From Bacillota bacterium (GTDB taxonomy: Bacteria; Bacillota; SHA-98; UBA4971): a stretch of DNA of 64,000 bases. Made by a program: the position numbers and the translations under genes. Each line of letters begins with the position of its first letter. Positions within the stretch are counted from its first letter, which is position 1. Below, one piece after another: positions 1 through 8,500 of the stretch. The stretch spans positions 2,538-66,537 of the forward strand of contig JAAZLO010000050.1 in assembly GCA_012689375.1 (NCBI GenBank), given 5' to 3'. Under the pieces are notes generated by a model. That model was given only the letters and a program-made list of their open reading frames with translations, had not been told where the DNA came from and ran no database searches.

Positions 1-116
1 AGTTTTTCTTACAGGCGCTATCTGGAAAATGCTTTAAGACAATCCTTCGATTTTCAGGGAGTTCCCCTTAGGCTTTTACTTCGAAAGAGAGGATTGACGG
101 GAACGAGGGAAGGACC

Positions 117-716
117 ATGAAATACATATGGCTTCTTATATGCATAGGCTTGAGTTATGTTTTAGGGTCAGTCCCCTTCGGGTACATCGTGGGCAAATTA
201 TGGAAGGGTATAGATATCAGATCAAAAGGCAGCGGTAATATTGGTGCAACTAACACCTTCAGAACCTTAGGTTGGGGCCCGGCTTTGCTTGTTTTGTGTT
301 GCGATCTTGGCAAAGGCGCCCTAAGTGTATATTTAGGTATTTTAATTAATGGTACATGGGGTGGGGCATTGTGTGGGGTTGCATCAGCATTAGGCGGGGC
401 TTATTCCGTGTTTTTACGATTCCAAGGCGGTAAAGGTATTGGGGTTTCAAGTGGGATTGCCATTATAACCATGCCTATGGTTGTGGTGGTTTTACTCCCT
501 GTTTGGGCAGGCGTAATATGGCTTACAAGATATGTATCCCTGGGCTCTATTATTGTGGCATGTCTTGCACCTATTGCTGCTTATTTATTACATTATCCTC
601 CCGGGTATATATTCCTTGCAGCCGCTATGGGTGGGTTATCAATAGTAAGGCACCATTCTAACATAAAAAGGCTTATATCCGGGGAAGAGCGGAAGTTAGG
701 AGAGAAGGCTGAGTGA
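117..716 (+). CDS. plsY: Glycerol-3-phosphate acyltransferase PlsY
   Basis: 199 aa polytopic membrane protein with the PlsY signature GSGNIGATN. It lies immediately upstream of gpsA, as in many Firmicutes. An RBS-like GGGAAGGA precedes the ATG. Confidence 0.9.
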   Translation: MKYIWLLICIGLSYVLGSVPFGYIVGKLWKGIDIRSKGSGNIGATNTFRTLGWGPALLVLCCDLGKGALSVYLGILINGTWGGALCGVASALGGAYSVFLRFQGGKGIGVSSGIAIITMPMVVVVLLPVWAGVIWLTRYVSLGSIIVACLAPIAAYLLHYPPGYIFLAAAMGGLSIVRHHSNIKRLISGEERKLGEKAE

Positions 717-1738
717 GGCTGGGAATCATTGGGGCAGGGGGTTGGGGGACAGCCCTGGCGACACTGTTGGCTGAAAAAGGTTACATAATAGATTTCTGGG
801 CAAGGGAACAGGAAGTCGCTAATGAAATAAACACCTATCATACAAACAATACATTTTTGGAAGGCATTTTCTTGCCTGAGCATGTAATTGCCACATGTGA
901 TATAGGGGAAACCATTAAAAAGAATAAGTTCCTTATTGTACCCGTGCCTGCCCAACATATGCGTAGTGTAATTAGAAAAGCCAGTCCTTATTTGACGAAG
1001 GATCATATTATTATTCATGCAGCAAAAGGTATTGAAGAAGGAACATTGATGAGAATGTCGGAGGTAATATCAGAGGAACTCCCTAATGAATTTACCGGTA
1101 ACATAGGTGTTATTTCCGGACCTAGTCATGCGGAAGAAGTGGCCAAAAGGGTGCCTACTGCAATAGTTGTTGCTTCCGCCCGAATATCTGTTGGTGAAAT
1201 AGCCCAAAAAATATTGATGTGCCCAACTCTCAGGGTATACACATCCACGGATATTATCGGGGTGGAATTAGGTGGTGCCCTCAAGAATGTGATTGCCCTA
1301 AGTACCGGTATTTCCGATGGGCTTGGGTTTGGTGATAATACACGGGCAGCCATTATGACAAGGGGTATTGCCGAGATGCTCAGGCTAGGTGTTGTGCTTG
1401 GGGCTGACCCTATTACTTTTGCGGGACTTTCCGGGATGGGTGATGTAATTGTTACGTGTATGAGTATGCTGTCGAGGAATAGAAAAGCGGGGATCGCAAT
1501 AGCCAAAGGGAAGAAAGTCAGCGATATTATCGGATCGACAAATATGGTGGTGGAAGGTATCGCCACCACTAAGGCGGCAGTTGCATTGTCGAAGGCACTA
1601 TGTGTTGAAATGCCTATTGCTTCCACATTATATGCTGTTCTTTTCGAAGGATTGGAACCAAGGGAGGCAGTGGAGGATCTAATGTTAAGGGTGCCGGTTC
1701 CTGAGACCATGCTTGGATTTAAACGCCTCGTGGAGTGA
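713..1738 (+). CDS. gpsA: NAD(P)H-dependent glycerol-3-phosphate dehydrogenase
   Basis: 341 aa. N-terminal Rossmann motif GIIGAGGWGTALA, and GpsA-like sequence throughout. GTG start with RBS AGGAGAGAAGG. The start overlaps the plsY stop. Confidence 0.92.
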   Translation: MRLGIIGAGGWGTALATLLAEKGYIIDFWAREQEVANEINTYHTNNTFLEGIFLPEHVIATCDIGETIKKNKFLIVPVPAQHMRSVIRKASPYLTKDHIIIHAAKGIEEGTLMRMSEVISEELPNEFTGNIGVISGPSHAEEVAKRVPTAIVVASARISVGEIAQKILMCPTLRVYTSTDIIGVELGGALKNVIALSTGISDGLGFGDNTRAAIMTRGIAEMLRLGVVLGADPITFAGLSGMGDVIVTCMSMLSRNRKAGIAIAKGKKVSDIIGSTNMVVEGIATTKAAVALSKALCVEMPIASTLYAVLFEGLEPREAVEDLMLRVPVPETMLGFKRLVE

Positions 1739-2100
1739 AATCGACTGTGATAAATTATCCTTTTTTTATCGGATCTATAGTCCTGGCACTCCTGTCTGCC
1801 TGGTTTATTTATAGGGATGCAAAATGTCGGGATTATAACCCAGCAATTTGGGTAGTGGCTTGCATCTTTACTGCTCTGACAGTCGGTGTTTTTGGAACCT
1901 TGGCTGTAGTAATTGCATATTTCCTTTTATGTCCCCGTGGAAAACTCTTCATATGTCCCCACTGCTCCGGAAAATATATTTATAAATTAGCTTTCTGCCC
2001 GCATTGCGGAAAACCGGTAAAAAAAGAATGTCTGGGATGCCATGATCTTATGGGACTCGATGCAAAGATATGCCCCCATTGTGGTCTGAGGGACATTTAA
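1735..2100 (+). CDS. Membrane-anchored double zinc-ribbon protein (hypothetical)
   Basis: 121 aa with two predicted N-terminal TM helices followed by two CPHC...CPHCG zinc-ribbon motifs. The start overlaps the gpsA stop, which suggests translational coupling. Confidence 0.5.
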   Translation: MKSTVINYPFFIGSIVLALLSAWFIYRDAKCRDYNPAIWVVACIFTALTVGVFGTLAVVIAYFLLCPRGKLFICPHCSGKYIYKLAFCPHCGKPVKKECLGCHDLMGLDAKICPHCGLRDI

Positions 2101-2254
2101 TATGGTATAAAAGATTATTTGACCCGAAGTTAAGTCAGAAGGAATAAATTTATCCATGTCGAACAAATAATGTGCTGTCTCCAGTAGATTTTCATAGAAG
2201 GGGCATGTTCTCCCCTTTATATCAATTCTCAGGTAGCGGAACGCACTATATAAT

Positions 2255-3172
2255 ATGTTGCTGCCAGGGGTAGGGGGATCTCATATGGTCGATAATATCG
2301 GTAAGATTGATATTCTCATCCACCAACTGTCCCTTCTTGAGGAAGATTTATATAGACTTGACAATGAAAGACAGGATTATGCAAAAACCGAAGTTCAGAA
2401 TGTTAGAGAAGAAATTATAGAGATTCTTATACATGCCCTTCAGGACGGGGATGTATCTGCCCGGCGCGGGGCAGCCTATGGTCTCAGCAAATTACCTAAT
2501 TATAAAGCTGTGGATGTATTAGCACGTGCGCTTGAAGATGAGGATGATTCAGTCAGAAGCTGGGCTTCAGAAGCACTCGGGGAAATTCGGGATGAGTCCT
2601 CGTTACCATATTTGGTTAAGGCATTAAAAGAAGAAAATCCCTATGTGGCGTATAATATTACCAGAGCAATAATGAAGTTTCCTAAGGGACAAATCGTTGA
2701 GGTTGTAAGTTGTGCATTGGAAATAAACGATAGAAATATCCGACGCAGGGCGGCGAAACTCTTAGGTGAACTTAAGCATAAGAAATCTGTTCCGCGTCTG
2801 TTGGTCCTCCTCAATGATCCTGATCCTTCAGTAAGGTACGAGGCTGTTGAGGCACTCAGAAAAATCGGTGATATTAAGGTGTTAGGCCGTCTGATATCAG
2901 CCTTAGGAGATGAATCTACCGACGTGCGTTATGGGGCTATACAAGCACTTCAAACACTCGGGGATGAGCGTGCAATTGAGCCACTGGTGAGAATATCCCT
3001 TGAAAATGAAGATCTTAGATCTTACGCGTTAAAGGCTATAAAGGAGCTATGCGGAGAAAAATCTGTAAAACCGGTATTGGAAGCATTCAGTGAAATAAAG
3101 ATTCTTGTCAGTCAAGTTTCCCGCCGCGTTCTTGATACGCGGGAAAAAACTACCCAGAGGGTAAGCAGTTGA
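2255..3172 (+). CDS. HEAT-repeat (PBS-lyase-like) protein
   Basis: It carries tandem ~30-aa repeats ending in D..VR..A..ALG..., typical of HEAT/PBS lyase repeats. The probable true start is ATG 2285, which has RBS GGGGGA, because a TATAAT -10 box (2247-2252) sits immediately before the 2255 ATG. Confidence 0.6.
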   Translation: MLLPGVGGSHMVDNIGKIDILIHQLSLLEEDLYRLDNERQDYAKTEVQNVREEIIEILIHALQDGDVSARRGAAYGLSKLPNYKAVDVLARALEDEDDSVRSWASEALGEIRDESSLPYLVKALKEENPYVAYNITRAIMKFPKGQIVEVVSCALEINDRNIRRRAAKLLGELKHKKSVPRLLVLLNDPDPSVRYEAVEALRKIGDIKVLGRLISALGDESTDVRYGAIQALQTLGDERAIEPLVRISLENEDLRSYALKAIKELCGEKSVKPVLEAFSEIKILVSQVSRRVLDTREKTTQRVSS

Positions 3173-3322
3173 TAATAGGATCCTTTCAGACTGCCTTAGG
3201 GCAGTGCCCTCATTATCATCCGGGATCTTTATGTTATAATTGAATATAATTGAGATACTGCGATATTAAGTAACCAATATGGGTTGTTAACCCGTGTACG
3301 TTGTTAGGAGTGAATACCAGGA

Positions 3323-4117
3323 ATGCGGATGCTGGTTACCAATGATGATGGAATCTTCGCTGACGGGATACGGGTATTGGCGCAAGGTCTTATAGAACTT
3401 GGCGAAGTCAATGTAGTGGCCCCTGACAGGGAAAGAAGTGCCACAGGTCATGCTATTACTGTTCTCCGGCCTCTTCGGATAAAAAATGTTAAATATCCGG
3501 ATTCACGGATTCGAGCATGGGCTGTTGACGGTACGCCTTCGGATTGCATCAAATTAGCAATTGAGGATCTTTTGGAATGGAAGCCTGATGTGGTGATTTC
3601 CGGCATTAATCGCGGACCGAACCTTGGGACGGATGTATTATATTCAGGTACTGTCTCAGCTGCCATCGAGGGGGCAATATACGGGATTCCGTCTGTTGCT
3701 ATATCTATGGCAGCATTTGATAATTGCAACTATTCCATGGCTGCGAAATTTGCAAAACAGCTTGTGGCGAAGGTCGCAGAAAAAGGGCTTCCGGACAGAA
3801 CATTGTTAAATGTCAATATTCCGTCTGTAGACGGGAAGGATTTAGCGGGAGTCTTCATTACAAAACTGGGTGCAAGGGTATGGAGAGATGTTTTTGACAG
3901 AAGGATTGATCCTAGGGGTAGGACATATTACTGGATGGCAGGTAATGTAGAAGAATACGATGGCGATTTAGATATCGATTCTATTGCTGTCAGGCATAAT
4001 ATGATTTCTATCACCCCGATTCATCTTGATTTAACTGCCTATGATTTAATAGACTACCTTAAAATTTGGGATTTTAAATTTGGTGACGGTATTGATGATT
4101 CAAATCCACTGTTATAA
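3323..4117 (+). CDS. surE: 5'/3'-nucleotidase SurE
   Basis: 264 aa with the N-terminal SurE signature MRMLVTNDDGI..G. SurE-like over the full length. Confidence 0.9.
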   Translation: MRMLVTNDDGIFADGIRVLAQGLIELGEVNVVAPDRERSATGHAITVLRPLRIKNVKYPDSRIRAWAVDGTPSDCIKLAIEDLLEWKPDVVISGINRGPNLGTDVLYSGTVSAAIEGAIYGIPSVAISMAAFDNCNYSMAAKFAKQLVAKVAEKGLPDRTLLNVNIPSVDGKDLAGVFITKLGARVWRDVFDRRIDPRGRTYYWMAGNVEEYDGDLDIDSIAVRHNMISITPIHLDLTAYDLIDYLKIWDFKFGDGIDDSNPLL

Positions 4118-4133
4118 ATCGTGAGTTATAATC

Positions 4134-4181
4134 CCACACCCCCGAGAAAAGGCATAAGATATATAGAAGTTTTTTGCCGGG
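4134..4181 (+). terminator. Long hairpin downstream of surE (possible terminator)
   Basis: 8-bp GC-rich stem CACCCCCG/CGGGGGTG around a ~30-nt loop, with an inner GGCA/TGCC helix, followed by a T-rich CAGTTTTGAGTTT. Confidence 0.3.
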
Positions 4182-4190
4182 GGTGCAGTT

Positions 4191-4406
4191 TTGAGTTTGG
4201 CATCAGCAATGAATTATGCAGTAATACTGTCTTTTATTATATTATTCGAGATGGTTTGGGTGATTGCAATCAACCAATGCAAAGGAATCCCCGGGAAAAT
4301 GATGTCCTTTGCCATATTTATTGTTGTCGGTACAATAGCTGTATATGTTTTTTTTGTGTCTGTTATAGCGGTAAAAGTTATGACATCCCTGTTTTACCGG
4401 CTATAA
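4191..4406 (+). CDS. Small hydrophobic protein (hypothetical, 2 TM)
   Basis: 71-aa ORF with two predicted TM helices, TTG start and a weak RBS. It overlaps a Cys-rich ORF in another frame, which I judged spurious. Confidence 0.3.
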   Translation: MSLASAMNYAVILSFIILFEMVWVIAINQCKGIPGKMMSFAIFIVVGTIAVYVFFVSVIAVKVMTSLFYRL

Positions 4407-4473
4407 GCCGTGAGGTTTAAATATTGAAAGGAGTAAAGGCGGTCCCGATCCCGGACTTACCCCTGCTTATGGA

Positions 4474-5430
4474 TTGCCGGAAAACAACTGCATGAAGGAA
4501 AGAATTGCATTAATCTGTGGCGGAAAATCAGCAGAAAGAGAGATATCGTTACTTACAGGACAACAAGTCAGCGATGCACTGATCAGGGAAGGTTTCAGCG
4601 TCACGTGTCTGGATTTAGATGATAACCTTGTATCTGATTTGAAAAGTATTCGTCCCGATGTGGTCTTTATTGCTCTTCACGGAAAGTACGGAGAAGACGG
4701 GTGTCTTCAGGGGCTTCTTGATATATTGGGAATCCCATATGTAGGATCAGGGGTGCTTGCCAGCGCCCTGGCTATGAATAAAGCAATATCAAAGAGGCTT
4801 TTTAGACTTGAGGGGATCCTTTGCCCGAAAGATATTTTAGTGCCTCGGCATATATTAAAAAAACAATGTTTCCGAACCATGACAGAACAGGTCGATAGAG
4901 ATCTGGTTTACCCTCTTGTCGTGAAACCTAATAAGCAAGGATCCACTATCGGATTAAATGTGATCGAATCTGGAAAAGAGCTGGAAAATGCAATCTTACA
5001 TGCATCAAAATACGATGATGAGGTTTTGATTGAAGAATATATACCAGGCACTGAAATTACTGTGGGAGTGCTTGGCAATAACGAGCTTAGAGTATTACCG
5101 GTAATTGAGATCCAATCCTCTACGGGACTTTACGACTATGAAGCCAAATACACTCCGGGCATGAGTAAACATATAATACCCGCAAAAATAAGTGATTCAG
5201 CGTTTAAAGCAGCCCAGGATGGTGCATCAAAAGCTCATAAGGCTTTAGGATGCCGAGGCATTTCCAGGGCTGATTTTATTGTTGATCCGAGGGATAATGT
5301 TTATATTCTTGAAGTAAATACAATCCCGGGAATGACCAGAACCAGTTTAATTCCTGATGCTGCCAAAGCTGCGGGAATTGAGTTCCCCGATCTTATTACA
5401 CTCCTTGTTGAACTTGCCCTCGACAATTAA
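4474..5430 (+). CDS. ddl: D-alanine--D-alanine ligase
   Basis: ATP-grasp Ddl family over its length, with N-terminal GGKSAEREISL. The likely real start is ATG 4492 (MKERIALICGG), because the upstream start in the ORF track is TTG. Confidence 0.9.
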   Translation: MPENNCMKERIALICGGKSAEREISLLTGQQVSDALIREGFSVTCLDLDDNLVSDLKSIRPDVVFIALHGKYGEDGCLQGLLDILGIPYVGSGVLASALAMNKAISKRLFRLEGILCPKDILVPRHILKKQCFRTMTEQVDRDLVYPLVVKPNKQGSTIGLNVIESGKELENAILHASKYDDEVLIEEYIPGTEITVGVLGNNELRVLPVIEIQSSTGLYDYEAKYTPGMSKHIIPAKISDSAFKAAQDGASKAHKALGCRGISRADFIVDPRDNVYILEVNTIPGMTRTSLIPDAAKAAGIEFPDLITLLVELALDN

Positions 5431-5527
5431 TTTGTTCCTTGAAGGAAACAAAGGCTTCTTCAAGAATGATAAACTGGGATATATAGAGTGCCCAAAAATC
5501 AGCAATCATATCCCAGGAGTGACGCTA

Positions 5528-6943
5528 ATGCGAAGCTTTCATATGATTCTTGATGTTTTGGATGAAGGGATCCAAGTAATCGACAGGAACGGTATAATAA
5601 TATTTTTTAACAAAACCGCTGCTGATATTAATAACCTAGATCCTAAGGAAGTCATTGGTAAGCATGTATCAAAGGTGTTTCCGCCTGCATTTGGGAAGGC
5701 TGATACCCTTCTCCAGGTGCTTGAAACTGGGCAGCCTATGCCTTATAAGCAAGAAACACATATTGATTCTAAAGGGAATAAAATAATTATCGTAAAATCT
5801 GTTATCCCCCTAAAGGATAAAGATACTGTTACCGGGGCTGTGGAAATCTCCCGTGACACAACGTCTTCACATGAGATGGCCTACTGTATAGCCTACCTGC
5901 AGACAAAATTATTTGCAAAGGATGCAATCGAGAATGATATAGTCCCGGCCCCTGCCGAGCATACGTTTATAGATATAATAGGTACAAGCGTTTGTATGAC
6001 GGAGCTCAAGCAAAAGGCTTTAAAGGCTGCGGAAAGTACATCTGCCATACTTTTGCACGGTGAAATTGGCACAGGGAAGAAACTCTTTGTCCAAGCAATT
6101 CATAATGCAAGCCCCAGAAGAGACAGGCCTTTCATTACACAAAACTGTGCAGCACTGCCTGAAGAATTGCTTGAGGTTATACTGTTTGGAACAGCCAAAA
6201 ATGGGTTTAAAAATGGATGTGATCAACCGGGTCTTCTTGAAATAGCCGATTCAGGTACAATTTTTCTCAATGAAATTGATTCTATGCCCCATTATTTACA
6301 AAGGAAACTGCTAGGGGTTATCTCGGAAAAGCGTTTGCGCCGTGTGGGCTGCATAAAGGAACGTACAGCAGATGTACGAATAGTTGCGGCCATAACCCGA
6401 TCGCCTGAGGACTGTGTTTCCTTGGGTTTGTTAAAGAGGGACTTGTATTACAGACTCAACGTATTTTGCCTGAGAATACCCCCACTGAGAGAAAGAATTG
6501 AGGATATACCCCTTTTAACGGCTCATTTTATTAATAAATTTAATAATCAACTTATGATGAATGTTAAAGATGTTTCAAAAGAAGTATATCAAATATTCCT
6601 TTCTTATTATTGGCCTGGGAATGTCCGGGAACTAAAACATGCAATTGAAAGCGCCATGCACATGTTGGACGGCGATATTATCCTCCGTGAACATCTTCCT
6701 GACCATATAAAACAATCAATATGTGATCAGGAAAACCTCGCACACAAACCGAATGATGCAGGTATAATCAAGGATGTAAAGTTTTGCGGAGATTTTCGCG
6801 AAACTGTTAAAAGTTTGGAAAATGCCTTAATCCGTAAGGCTTTTACTCAGGCGGAAGGCAATATTTCCAAAACCGCCCGTCTTTTGGGGATACCCCGACA
6901 AACACTACAGTACCGTTTGAAAAAACTCGATACGGATTCGTAA
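5528..6943 (+). CDS. PAS-domain / AAA+ enhancer-binding-protein-like / Fis-HTH transcriptional regulator (degenerate sigma54-interaction motifs)
   Basis: N-terminal PAS domain and a central sigma54-activator-type AAA+ domain with Walker A GEIGTGKK. C-terminal Fis-type HTH NISKTARLLGIPRQTLQYRLKK. ATG 5528 has RBS AGGAGTG. The ORF track extends to 5357 and would overlap ddl. The GAFTGA motif reads NGFKNG and Walker B reads FLNEID (D to N). Confidence 0.8.
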   Translation: MRSFHMILDVLDEGIQVIDRNGIIIFFNKTAADINNLDPKEVIGKHVSKVFPPAFGKADTLLQVLETGQPMPYKQETHIDSKGNKIIIVKSVIPLKDKDTVTGAVEISRDTTSSHEMAYCIAYLQTKLFAKDAIENDIVPAPAEHTFIDIIGTSVCMTELKQKALKAAESTSAILLHGEIGTGKKLFVQAIHNASPRRDRPFITQNCAALPEELLEVILFGTAKNGFKNGCDQPGLLEIADSGTIFLNEIDSMPHYLQRKLLGVISEKRLRRVGCIKERTADVRIVAAITRSPEDCVSLGLLKRDLYYRLNVFCLRIPPLRERIEDIPLLTAHFINKFNNQLMMNVKDVSKEVYQIFLSYYWPGNVRELKHAIESAMHMLDGDIILREHLPDHIKQSICDQENLAHKPNDAGIIKDVKFCGDFRETVKSLENALIRKAFTQAEGNISKTARLLGIPRQTLQYRLKKLDTDS

Positions 6944-7063
6944 TTATACAATTATAGGGTAGTTCAGGGCTATCTTGGAAAACCGGGACATCCCATTCAC
7001 GGTATGCGTCAGCTATAGCCAGGCCATAATATCAATAGCCGCTCACTGATACCGTGTTTCATT

Positions 7064-8500
7064 TTGGAGGTGCCCGAATTGACAAAATACCGAGACCTTG
7101 TAGTCCATGAAGGTAATCAACCATTAATTGATGCTTTGGAAATGTCTATACTATCCCTTATTGCCGGGAAGCCTATTCATGTTCACGTGGAGGGACTCCG
7201 TGGTACAGGTAAGACAACCGTTGTCAGAGCTATGAGAAGTATACTCCCTTTAATAGAAAGAGTGACGGGGTGCATGTATAATTGTGAACCTGATAATCCC
7301 CACTGTCCAATCCACAAAAACCTTGGGTTTCAGGATTTAACTCTTATAGGGACTGAATCCATCCCTATCCCATTTTTAGAAATATCCCATGCTGCGAAAA
7401 TAGGAACGGTTGTGGGCAGTGTGGATTTAGGGAAAGTCATCGATCAAAATCAACCTGAGGTAGCCTTATTGCCGGGAATTATACCCAGGGCATACCGCGG
7501 CATAATTTTCGTTGATGAAATAAACAGGCTAGCAGATACTTCTCCGGAACTTACCGATGTTCTTCTCGACGTTATGGGAACCAAGCCGGGACATATTCAA
7601 ATAGAGGAAACGGGATTGCCTGCCCTTACCCTTCCTATCATATGTTCAGTTTGGGCTGCCAGTAACCCAGATGAAGAACCAGGAGCCTTGGAAGATATAA
7701 GGAGGCAACTATCTGACAGGTTCGATTTTGTTGTAAGTATGGGGCGACCACAAAATCACAATACGGTAAAAAAAATTCTTGCCGGCTGTAGGGTCTCTCA
7801 CGATTCCAAGGGGTTACGCCATGAAGATTTTATGTCACAAAGGTCAGGCCTTTTGAGGCATATAAAATTGTCTGATGAATTAGCGTCACTTCTGGCTGAA
7901 CTTTATGTAAGCTTCGGAATAGAAAGTTTAAGGGCGGTTGAGGCAATTTCCTTAGGAGCCCGGGCCAGAGCAGCTCTGAATTCCAGAACAAAAGTATCAC
8001 TGGATGATGTCAAAGGAGTACTGGCATTCACCCTTCGTCATCGCGTTGATAGTTCGACTCTTATCAGCATAGGCAAATTCCTCGATGAATATGAATCCAG
8101 GCACAGAAACGGTGTAGAGCAAAGAGGGCAGGGTGCTGATTTGGGAAAGGGGCCAGATGACGGGCAAGTCTGCCCGGATGGTTCAAGGGAATCTATGGGT
8201 TGTAATGATAACCCCCAAAAACAGGACTCCCTTTGGGATCGGCTTATGAGGGGAATTGGACTGGTCCGCTCTGATGTATCGAGATTGACACATGATCCCT
8301 GTGAAGAGAATTTTACATCCGAAACTGGTAGATCCGAAGCTGACGGGAATTGCGGGGCAAGCTACGTAGCAGGCGGTGGTACAGGCATAGCAGATCCGAA
8401 GGATGTTAATTTGTGTTCGCCGCATGCAAGAGCTAAATCCCTTTTACAACTTGCAGGCAGGGACATTCTGTTTTCTGAGGAGGACCTCAGAATAAAATGA
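7064..8500 (+). CDS. ChlI/BchI-family AAA+ ATPase (Mg-chelatase subunit I-like) with Cys/His insert and Gly/Cys-rich C-terminal tail
   Basis: Walker A GLRGTGKTT and Walker B IIFVDEINRL, with the overall order of ChlI. An insert CMYNCEPDNPHCPIH follows the LP..E motif. A ~140-aa low-complexity C-terminal extension follows. The likely start is TTG 7079 (RBS GGAGGTG 8 nt upstream) rather than 7064. The stop overlaps the next start (ATGA). Confidence 0.7.
   Translation: MEVPELTKYRDLVVHEGNQPLIDALEMSILSLIAGKPIHVHVEGLRGTGKTTVVRAMRSILPLIERVTGCMYNCEPDNPHCPIHKNLGFQDLTLIGTESIPIPFLEISHAAKIGTVVGSVDLGKVIDQNQPEVALLPGIIPRAYRGIIFVDEINRLADTSPELTDVLLDVMGTKPGHIQIEETGLPALTLPIICSVWAASNPDEEPGALEDIRRQLSDRFDFVVSMGRPQNHNTVKKILAGCRVSHDSKGLRHEDFMSQRSGLLRHIKLSDELASLLAELYVSFGIESLRAVEAISLGARARAALNSRTKVSLDDVKGVLAFTLRHRVDSSTLISIGKFLDEYESRHRNGVEQRGQGADLGKGPDDGQVCPDGSRESMGCNDNPQKQDSLWDRLMRGIGLVRSDVSRLTHDPCEENFTSETGRSEADGNCGASYVAGGGTGIADPKDVNLCSPHARAKSLLQLAGRDILFSEEDLRIK

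Noticed and set aside
4121-4420. 99-aa Cys-rich ORF (…CRGCSFEFG…CHIYCCRYNSCICFFCVCY…) overlapping the small hydrophobic ORF
   Set aside because: It is in a different frame from, and completely overlaps, the more plausible 71-aa membrane ORF. It has no RBS, low-complexity Cys/Phe/Tyr composition, and lies in an A/T-rich spacer. It is probably a frame artefact.
6944-7063. Sigma54 (-24/-12) promoter upstream of the ChlI-like gene
   Set aside because: The best candidates (TGGAAAACCGGGACAT; GG at 7001 with GC at 7012) have wrong spacing or lack the GC dinucleotide. The adjacent regulator also lacks a functional GAFTGA motif.
7064-8500. ChlI-like protein as competence protein ComM/YifB
   Set aside because: ComM has an N-terminal Lon-like domain and a different motif spacing. 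This protein starts directly with the ChlI-type N-terminal helix and Walker A, and is paired with a vWA protein as chelatase ID pairs are.
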